A stretch of 36,469 bases of DNA from Deltaproteobacteria bacterium (GTDB lineage Bacteria > JACQOV01). The notes below the pieces were generated by a model. That model was not told where the DNA came from and did no database searches. It worked only from the letters and a program-made list of their open reading frames with translations. A program made the translations under genes and the position numbers. Shown piece by piece: positions 9,118 to 15,952 of the stretch. The DNA lies in contig JACQOV010000010.1 of assembly GCA_016202395.1 (NCBI GenBank), forward strand, positions 1-36,469, given 5' to 3'. Each line of letters starts with the position of its first letter. Position 1 is the stretch's first letter.

Positions 9118-9875
9118 AGAAAACGGCTCTGATCATCGCCGGCAATTGGAAAATGAACCTGACGCTTGGGGAATCGAACGAGCTCGTTAAACAACTTCTC
9201 CAAGGACTCCCAAAACTCAATGGGGTTCAGGTGATCGTGGCCCCTCCATTTACTGCGCTTCAAGCGGCGGCTCTCGAATTAAAAGGGAGCTCCATGGAAC
9301 TTGCGGCCCAAGATCTCCATTGGGAAAAGCCAGGGGCATTCACTGGAGCCATCGCAGGCGAACAGTTGGCCGATATAGGATGTCGTTATGTCCTCATCGG
9401 TCATTCGGAACGCCGCCAGTATTTTGGTGAAACAAACTCAATCGTTGGGAAGAAGATCCAGGCCGCTTTTCGTGTGGGGCTTAAGCCCATCGTCTGCGTT
9501 GGGGAAACGGTTCAAGAGAGAGAATCGCAGAAAACCTTCTCGGTGATCCAAACCCAAATCCAGCAGGCCTTTGTCTCGCTCCGTTCAAAACAGATCGAAG
9601 AGCTTTTCATTGCTTATGAGCCGATCTGGGCCATTGGCACTGGAAAGGTGGCCTCCCCAGAGATGGCTCAAGAGGTTCACCAATTTATCCGGGATCAAAT
9701 AAAAACCTCTAAGACCCCGATTCTCTATGGAGGGAGTGTGAATCCAGAAAATGCGCGCGGGCTTTTTGCTCAACCGGATATCGATGGAGCTTTAGTAGGA
9801 GGAGCCAGCCTCAAGGCGCAAAGCTTTCTTTCTATTATCGGAAGTGCTATATCTGTCCTGAAGGAAAACGGATGA
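9114..9875 (+). CDS. tpiA: Triosephosphate isomerase
   Basis: AGNWKMN, GHSERR, AYEPIWAIGTG, YGGSV, LVGGASL. Confidence 0.98.
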   Translation: MKKTALIIAGNWKMNLTLGESNELVKQLLQGLPKLNGVQVIVAPPFTALQAAALELKGSSMELAAQDLHWEKPGAFTGAIAGEQLADIGCRYVLIGHSERRQYFGETNSIVGKKIQAAFRVGLKPIVCVGETVQERESQKTFSVIQTQIQQAFVSLRSKQIEELFIAYEPIWAIGTGKVASPEMAQEVHQFIRDQIKTSKTPILYGGSVNPENARGLFAQPDIDGALVGGASLKAQSFLSIIGSAISVLKENG

Positions 9876-10198
9876 CAACTTTTATTATGGTTGTTCACAT
9901 TTTTGTGGGGATTGCCCTCATTTTGATCGTGCTTCTTCAAACAGGCCGAGGAACCGATATTGGAGCGGCTTTCGGGGGGTCTAGCCAAACCCTCTTTGGA
10001 AGCGCAGGCCCCGCTTCGTTTTTAGGGAAACTAACCGCCCTTTGCGCTTTCGTTTTCATTCTGACCTCCTTATCGTTGACCTACGTGACCACTCGAAAAC
10101 ATAACGAAACCATCTTCTCAGAATCAGAGGCGGCAGTCGAACCCCCTGCTGCAACACCCCCCTCGGAACCAGCCACTCCAGAGGCGCCCACTCCTTGA
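9872..10198 (+). CDS. secG: Preprotein translocase subunit SecG
   Basis: VLLQ.G.G.DIGAAFGG.SQTLFGS.G motif; two TM helices; conserved tpiA-secG-tRNA-Leu order. Confidence 0.95.
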   Translation: MTTFIMVVHIFVGIALILIVLLQTGRGTDIGAAFGGSSQTLFGSAGPASFLGKLTALCAFVFILTSLSLTYVTTRKHNETIFSESEAAVEPPAATPPSEPATPEAPTP

Positions 10199-10235
10199 GG
10201 GCACCTCTAGAAGAGCCCATTCCACCACCACAAAA

Positions 10236-10264
10236 TTGACAAACGCCCTCTTTTAAGGCATCAT
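10236..10264 (+). promoter_or_regulatory. Probable sigma-70 promoter of tRNA-Leu
   Basis: TTGACA-17 nt-CATCAT; the -10 box is imperfect. Confidence 0.45.
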
Positions 10265-10388
10265 ACAAACGCAATAAATGTTGTTAGACGAGGCGGCCGA
10301 CTGAAGCTGAGCGAAGCGTACTTGTGGCGTACGCTGAGCGAGTGCTGAAGGAGGCCAACGAAGTATAACAGCATTTATTGCGTTTGTA
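10264..10388. repeat. Complete 125-bp MITE-like structured repeat with 23-bp terminal inverted repeats
   Basis: Left arm tacaaacgcaataaatgttgtta (10264-10286), right arm taacagcatttattgcgtttgta (10366-10388), one mismatch; core shared with 1-86 and 11947-12067. Confidence 0.85.
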
Positions 10389-10394
10389 CAAAGA

Positions 10395-10477
10395 GCCGCA
10401 GTGGTGGAACTTGGCAGACACACCATCTTGAGGGGGTGGCGCCGAAAGGCGTGTGGGTTCAAATCCCACCTGCGGCA
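10395..10477 (+). tRNA. tRNA-Leu (anticodon GAG); CCA not encoded
   Basis: Acceptor stem GCCGCAG/CTGCGGC, D-loop GG, anticodon arm CCATC-TTGAGGG-GGTGG, long variable arm, T arm GTGGGTTCAAATCCCAC. Confidence 0.97.
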
Positions 10478-10517
10478 TATTTAGAGACTGCGGATACACA
10501 TTTATAACGAGGCTGTT

Positions 10518-11945
10518 ATCGATCCGATTAAAGAAATAGCTTCTCCAGAAAAATCAACGCCCCCTCTTGAACCAGAGAAAATTTCCTCCTCCAAAGAAAA
10601 TTTTAGGATCCTTGTCTCTATCCAAGATTTCAAATTTTTAGAACAACTTAAACTCGATCTCGAAAATAAAAAATGCGAAATTCTAGCTGAAGACCCCGAT
10701 CGTTACTTCTCCAATTCCTACTCCGATCCTGTGGATCTTATGATTACCGATGGGTCTCACTCTGAGACGCAAGACACGGAATGGGTGCGAAAAGTCAAAG
10801 AATTCGATCCGCTGACCGAGGTCATCCTTGTGGATCAAAATCCACCGCGTGAACGAATGATTCATGCCGTAAAAGAAGGGGCCTACGATTTTCTTCCCCT
10901 GCCAATCGATTTAAAAGCCTTGCTCCGCTCCATTCGAGAGATCGATGAAAATCGGAGATTGCGCCATAAAGTGGGAGAACTTCAAAATCAGCTCGAGGAA
11001 GCGGTTGTTTTTCATGGGATTGTGGCTCGAAGCCCTGTCATGTTGGAAATTTTCTCCATGATCCGAAGACTTGCCAAGCATTTCACCACGGTTTTGATCA
11101 CGGGTGAGACCGGAACGGGCAAGGAGATGGTCGCTCGGGCTCTTCATGAACTCAGCCCCCGACGGGGCAAGAATTTCATTGCCTGTAATTGCTCGGCGCT
11201 CGTGGAAACTCTTCTTGAAAGCGAGCTGTTCGGTCATGTGAAGGGGGCTTTCACTGGCGCTATTCGGACCAAACATGGATTATTTGAAGTCGCCGATGGA
11301 GGAACGATCTTCCTCGACGAAATCGGAGAGCTTTCTCCTCAAACTCAAGTTAAACTGCTCCGTGTTCTCCAAAATCAAGAGGTCAAACGGGTGGGATCGA
11401 ACGAAACGATTCAAGTGGATGCTCGGGTTGTCACCGCCACTAATCAAGACCTCGTGAAGGGGATGCAAGAAGGGCGTTTCCGTGAAGATCTTTACTATCG
11501 ATTAAATACGGCTGAGATTTATCTTCCCCCTCTCCGCGAACGCCGAGAAGATATCCCCCTCCTGGTGAAACACTTCTTGAGCGCGATGAATCAAAAACTT
11601 GGAAAAAAGATCAAAGGGATTACTCGTCAAGCCCAAATCGCTCTTCTGAACTATCCATGGAAAGGGAATGTCCGCGAATTGGAAAATGTCATCGAACGAG
11701 CCTCGCTTTTGGCTTCCAAAGATTTTATCACACTGACGGATCTCCCTTCTCACTTGCAACAGTTCACCAACCCGGTGCGGTCGAGCGAATCGATTCCACT
11801 CGATATGAAGACTCTGGAGGAGGTCGAGGGAGACCACATTCGACGTGTCATGAAAAATGTAAGTGGAAATAAGACGGTAGCTGCCAGGATTTTGGGTGTG
11901 AGCCGGCGCTCGCTTTATCGCAAATTCGAAAAATACAAACTGTAA
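10518..11945 (+). CDS. Sigma-54-dependent enhancer-binding protein (atypical receiver + AAA+ + Fis HTH); start uncertain
   Basis: GETGTGKE, ESELFGHVKGAFTGA, FLDEIGE, FREDLYYRL, WKGNVRELEN, C-terminal HTH. The frame is open from 10485; the first canonical start (GTG 10731) falls mid-receiver, so a non-canonical start near ATC 10518 is proposed. Confidence 0.9.
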   Translation: MDPIKEIASPEKSTPPLEPEKISSSKENFRILVSIQDFKFLEQLKLDLENKKCEILAEDPDRYFSNSYSDPVDLMITDGSHSETQDTEWVRKVKEFDPLTEVILVDQNPPRERMIHAVKEGAYDFLPLPIDLKALLRSIREIDENRRLRHKVGELQNQLEEAVVFHGIVARSPVMLEIFSMIRRLAKHFTTVLITGETGTGKEMVARALHELSPRRGKNFIACNCSALVETLLESELFGHVKGAFTGAIRTKHGLFEVADGGTIFLDEIGELSPQTQVKLLRVLQNQEVKRVGSNETIQVDARVVTATNQDLVKGMQEGRFREDLYYRLNTAEIYLPPLRERREDIPLLVKHFLSAMNQKLGKKIKGITRQAQIALLNYPWKGNVRELENVIERASLLASKDFITLTDLPSHLQQFTNPVRSSESIPLDMKTLEEVEGDHIRRVMKNVSGNKTVAARILGVSRRSLYRKFEKYKL

Positions 11946-11946
11946 C

Positions 11947-12067
11947 GGCTGCTCAAAAAATCCATCTGCTTCGTTGCCCTCCCTCGGCACTCGTTGCGGC
12001 GTACTAACCAAGTACGCCTCACTCGGCCTCAGTCGGGCGCCTCGCATCTGGAGCTTTTTGAGCAGCC
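11947..12067. repeat. Third copy of the structured repeat core, reverse orientation, with different outer inverted arms
   Basis: Arms ggctgctcaaaaa...tttttgagcagcc; the reverse complement of the core matches 1-61 (gaggcgtacttggttagtacgccgca..gagtg..gagggag..caacgaag). Begins immediately after the activator stop codon. Confidence 0.85.
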
Positions 12068-12203
12068 TAATTTCTTATGCGCTTGCAAGCGCACTGTGAA
12101 TTTTTTAGCCTTTTTGTGACTAGTACGCACATATAAATCCTTCCATTCCTAGCGACTCAAAATATAAATCAATAAAATCATGGAGTTATAAAAAGCCCCT
12201 TTT

Positions 12204-12219
12204 CGGCATGGATTTTGCA
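12204..12219 (+). promoter_or_regulatory. Sigma-54 (-24/-12) promoter
   Basis: CGGCATGGATTTTGCA has correct GG-N10-GC spacing, close to the TGGCACG-N4-TTGCA consensus; upstream is an AT-rich stretch with an IHF-like AATCATGGAGTTA. Confidence 0.75.
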
Positions 12220-12259
12220 TATTCCTTAGGTGAAGAGCTTGAAACGGAAGGTAACCACC

Positions 12260-12658
12260 ATGACGAAGGACCAAAAAATATTAATCTTGGGAATGGAAAA
12301 AGAGGGGGCCCAGGCTCTTATTCAACTTCTCCAATCGTGGGGGTATTCCGGAATCTGGATCCAAGACCCTCAAAAACTTTTTCAAGCCATCTCCTCCTAT
12401 CAACCCTGTCTTGGACTCATCGATCTCGATTCTGAAAACAATGGGGCTATGGAGACACTGAGACACCTCCGAAAAGATTCTCCCCATTTTCCTGTAATCG
12501 CCGCCACCTCTCAGGATTCCCTTGAGATGGAAAGAACCATCCGAGCCCTTGGAATCTTTTACTTGTGCCTCAAGCCTTATGATCCTGAAGAACTCCAATT
12601 GGCCATTGAAAGGGCAACGAATTATATCGAGGTTGAGCAAGCTCTCTACGCCTCGTAA
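12260..12658 (+). CDS. Stand-alone response regulator receiver (atypical acidic pocket)
   Basis: KILIL, LIDLD, VIAATS and LKPY receiver motifs; ATG 12260 with GGAAGGT RBS; no output domain. Confidence 0.85.
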   Translation: MTKDQKILILGMEKEGAQALIQLLQSWGYSGIWIQDPQKLFQAISSYQPCLGLIDLDSENNGAMETLRHLRKDSPHFPVIAATSQDSLEMERTIRALGIFYLCLKPYDPEELQLAIERATNYIEVEQALYAS

Positions 12659-12662
12659 AAGG

Positions 12663-13433
12663 TTAGCTCCTCTTCTTTGGACTCATCGCATCCCCCACCG
12701 GGTCGGTCTCGTCTTGGATGAATCTCTTGAGGTTATGAAGCTCCTGATAAACCCTCGCCATCTGCGGAGCCACATGCTCCCCCCACAGCGCCGTGACCCA
12801 GTTCAATAACTCCTCTTTGTCCTTCTCTTGAACCTCCCCCTTCTTTTTTTTCTCACTGTAAGCTTTAAGCTTCTCCTCCAATAACTGAAAATAAGTGTAC
12901 ACCGCGGTAAAAGGATTGTTCACATTATGCCCTATCTCGTTAACGACGCGGTAGCGGTGTTCTAACCGATCCAGCGCCATCGCCCTCTCCTGAGCCATCT
13001 TGAGATCGAGAACCGCTTTGCGCAACTCCTCATTCTGTCGCTCCAAGGTCTGCTTCTGTGCCTGATCCGCGATCAACATCTGAAGAATGATCACCACCTC
13101 CTCCTCTTTCCCACTCAAGGGCTTGCGAAGGTATTGATGGATCTTCCCCTCATTAATGGCTCGAAGCAACAAATCCTCATCCTGATAGGCCGTGAGCATC
13201 ATCCGTGGAACGTTTGGGGCCACCTTCCGACACTCCTTCAAAAACTCGATCCCGCTCATCGAATCCATCTTCTCATCGGCAATCACCACCTGAATCGGCT
13301 CCTTTTTAAGAAACCCCAGCCCCTCCTCCCCACTCTGGACCGTGAGCACCCTAAAATGCTTCTCAAATTGACGCCGAAACAGATAAAGCTGATCCTTCTC
13401 ATCATCCACATATAATATCGTCGGTTTCTCCAT
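12663..13433 (-). CDS. Receiver + coiled coil + HisKA-like (DHp) protein with no HATPase domain
   Basis: Canonical REC (YVDDE, IADEKM, LTAY, RKP); H-box-like NEIGHNVNNP; no N/G1/F/G2 boxes; GAGGAGG RBS; paralog of 29804-30556. Confidence 0.88.
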   Translation of the reverse strand: MEKPTILYVDDEKDQLYLFRRQFEKHFRVLTVQSGEEGLGFLKKEPIQVVIADEKMDSMSGIEFLKECRKVAPNVPRMMLTAYQDEDLLLRAINEGKIHQYLRKPLSGKEEEVVIILQMLIADQAQKQTLERQNEELRKAVLDLKMAQERAMALDRLEHRYRVVNEIGHNVNNPFTAVYTYFQLLEEKLKAYSEKKKKGEVQEKDKEELLNWVTALWGEHVAPQMARVYQELHNLKRFIQDETDPVGDAMSPKKRS

Positions 13434-13451
13434 CGATCGCCTCCTCTTCTT

Positions 13452-15947
13452 TTACGATCCCTTCACTCCCCCTATGGGAAACAACAGAACCATACGGGTT
13501 CCTGTATGAATATCACTCTCAATCCCCATCTTCCCACCATGGCGCTCCATCACTTTCCTGATAAACGAAACCCCCATTCCGGTGCCCTTTCCAACGGCTT
13601 TCGTCGTGAAGTAGCCACGCATCACCTTTTCCACGTTCTCTTTAGGAATGCCGCACCCGTTATCTGCCACCTCCAGTCGGATCCATTCCCCTTCTGGGCC
13701 AATCCGCACCTCGATCCTCCCCTTCCAACCCTCCCCCCTCCCCTCGGCTTCCCTTCGAGATTGAATCGCATCACGAGAATTGATAAATAGATTCATGAGA
13801 ACCTCGTGAATCTGTCCTGGATTGCCCGGAATCCGTGGCACTCCTTCCGCACACTCGAGCTCAAAATTAATCCCAGAACGGCCGATATCATAATCCAAAA
13901 TCCGCTTCACCAACTCCACACACCCCTTCAAATCCACAGGTTCCACTCGGTCACTCATCCGAACAAACTCCTTGATCTCTTTCACCATCTGGACCGAGGT
14001 CATCAAACAATCATGCTGAAACCGCTGATCCTCCTCGATTTGCTCAAAGAGCTTGGCCAAATCTGCATGCTGAGAAATCCGAGGATCCTTTCGAAGCGTT
14101 TCAAACCCCTGTACTAAAAGCTCCGTCCCACCGGCCAAAGCCCCAATCTTATTCCCCACTTCATGCGAAAAAGAGGCCACCAACTGGCCCAGAGTCCCAA
14201 TTTTATCCAGTTGTGCGTTGATCTCAAACTGCTCTTCCCTCTGCTGAAAATGCTCCGCGTTGGCCAACGCCACTGAAACGCTCCGGGAAAGCATCTGAAG
14301 GAGCTCGACATCCTCCGCGCCATACAGCTCCCCGCTCTTCTTTCGCCCCAATAATAGAAAACCGGTGAGCTTCTCCTGAAATCGAATCGGTAACGCCAAT
14401 TCAACCCCCATCCGAATCAAATCGGGAAGCATCTTCTCCCGAACTTCCTGATACCGGGGATCATTGGCTAACTCAAAAGCCATCACCCCACTCTTCTCAT
14501 CACTCAACACTTGAACCAAAGGATGATTCGCTGAAATCTCTTGGACCCACTTGGAATTCCACACCTCTCCAGCCCAAAAAACATAGCTCCCCTCTTTCTC
14601 ACTCCATTGAAACAACGCCACCTTCTCGACCCTCATCGCCGAGTTAATCCCCTTGATGAGTTTCCGAGCAATGTGCCCCGTATCTAACAACTGGGTCAAA
14701 GATTCACCCACGGCCTGGAATGCCTCCCTATATGTCTGCTCCCGATCTAAAGAAGGCTTGTTTAAAAAGCCTTTCACAACATCAAAAAACACGGTCGTGA
14801 AAACGAGCATGCCTACAAAAATCAACGTCGGAGCATAGGCGCTTTGCATAAACGCTCCTCCTATCCCTAAAGCCCTCGCCCCAAACACAATCAGAGCCGC
14901 ATAAAAGGCCGATAATAGGTAGCTCCACAACGCGGATAGAATACTTCTCTTAAGAAAAAGACTCACCTGAAACAAGTCATGCCGCGCCACGGCCAAAGCG
15001 ATTCCAAATGGAAAAATCACCAAAGGAAGTAAATACAGATTGGGTGGAACCGGGATCTGTAGCAGCCAACAATAGACTTTTAGCAAAATAGGAATCGATA
15101 CTATCAATACGGTGGCCATCAACACCACCCGAGCCCGAAGACGCTCCACTAAAATGTAAGACTCCCGATAAGCAACCGCAGACGTGATCAGAAAGATTCC
15201 GACTGCAATCATTATTAAACCTGCATTGAGGCGGTCCATAATTAACCATGTCCATTTACTGTCATAAAGGGAGACTTCCAAGAAAGCCGCGATCAACAAA
15301 CTAAAAAGAAACGGATATTGTGAAATAGAAGGGAATCGTTGCAAGATCCTTTGTTGTGAGGGAAAGCGAAGACCCAAATGAATAATCGACGCTGGCAATA
15401 AGCTCACTATAAGAAGATAGAGTCGATAAAAACGGTGTGTCGACACCGCATCGAAACTTAAAAGGAGAAAAAAGGCCACATTAAAAGAGAATAATGACAA
15501 AGAGCGCGCTACTGCTGTTTGAGCCCCAAATCCTACGATGGCGCCATAAGCGAAATAAATACAGCTTGTAAACAACACCGTTCCCAAAAGCCAAAAAATG
15601 TCAATCCATTGTATTTTAATCGGATGTAGTTCTAGAGTACGAGACTCTTTCCCACTACTCAACGTAACTAAGAATGGAATCCCTTCGCCCTTCCCCTCAA
15701 TATGGCTATAAAAATCCTTCCGATTTCTAATATCAACTCCATCAATGGCAACTACCTTAGCCGGATAGCGAACAAACTCATCTAATCCTTTCCAACTTTG
15801 GAAACGATTGGATGAAACAACGAGATTGGGATAAATCAGGAAACCTGTGGAAGGTTTCTCCAACCATCGAATAGCATCTAAAGTGCAAATGGCCCCCAAT
15901 ATCAAAAAGCTAATGAATGCTACCCATAGTATCCACCTGTCTGACAT
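13452..15947 (-). CDS. Membrane sensor histidine kinase (PDZ-like periplasmic region, multi-TM, GAF, HisKA, HATPase)
   Basis: 831 aa; VVAIDG PDZ-like strand, roughly 9-10 hydrophobic segments, GAF (LALPIRFQEKLTGFLLLG.KKSGELY..ED.ELL), H-box SHEVGN, NLFINSRDA, DNGCGI, FTTK..GKGTGMG. Confidence 0.9.
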   Translation of the reverse strand: MSDRWILWVAFISFLILGAICTLDAIRWLEKPSTGFLIYPNLVVSSNRFQSWKGLDEFVRYPAKVVAIDGVDIRNRKDFYSHIEGKGEGIPFLVTLSSGKESRTLELHPIKIQWIDIFWLLGTVLFTSCIYFAYGAIVGFGAQTAVARSLSLFSFNVAFFLLLSFDAVSTHRFYRLYLLIVSLLPASIIHLGLRFPSQQRILQRFPSISQYPFLFSLLIAAFLEVSLYDSKWTWLIMDRLNAGLIMIAVGIFLITSAVAYRESYILVERLRARVVLMATVLIVSIPILLKVYCWLLQIPVPPNLYLLPLVIFPFGIALAVARHDLFQVSLFLKRSILSALWSYLLSAFYAALIVFGARALGIGGAFMQSAYAPTLIFVGMLVFTTVFFDVVKGFLNKPSLDREQTYREAFQAVGESLTQLLDTGHIARKLIKGINSAMRVEKVALFQWSEKEGSYVFWAGEVWNSKWVQEISANHPLVQVLSDEKSGVMAFELANDPRYQEVREKMLPDLIRMGVELALPIRFQEKLTGFLLLGRKKSGELYGAEDVELLQMLSRSVSVALANAEHFQQREEQFEINAQLDKIGTLGQLVASFSHEVGNKIGALAGGTELLVQGFETLRKDPRISQHADLAKLFEQIEEDQRFQHDCLMTSVQMVKEIKEFVRMSDRVEPVDLKGCVELVKRILDYDIGRSGINFELECAEGVPRIPGNPGQIHEVLMNLFINSRDAIQSRREAEGRGEGWKGRIEVRIGPEGEWIRLEVADNGCGIPKENVEKVMRGYFTTKAVGKGTGMGVSFIRKVMERHGGKMGIESDIHTGTRMVLLFPIGGVKGS

Positions 15948-15952
15948 GCTCC

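Noticed and set aside
10253-10499. Short minus-strand ORFs near secG
   Set aside because: Antisense readings of the tRNA and the repeat element.
12844-12851. A8 run (coding strand) in the REC-DHp gene as the cause of the missing kinase domain
   Set aside because: The frame continues to a tail conserved in the paralog, which lacks the run, and no HATPase remnant follows.
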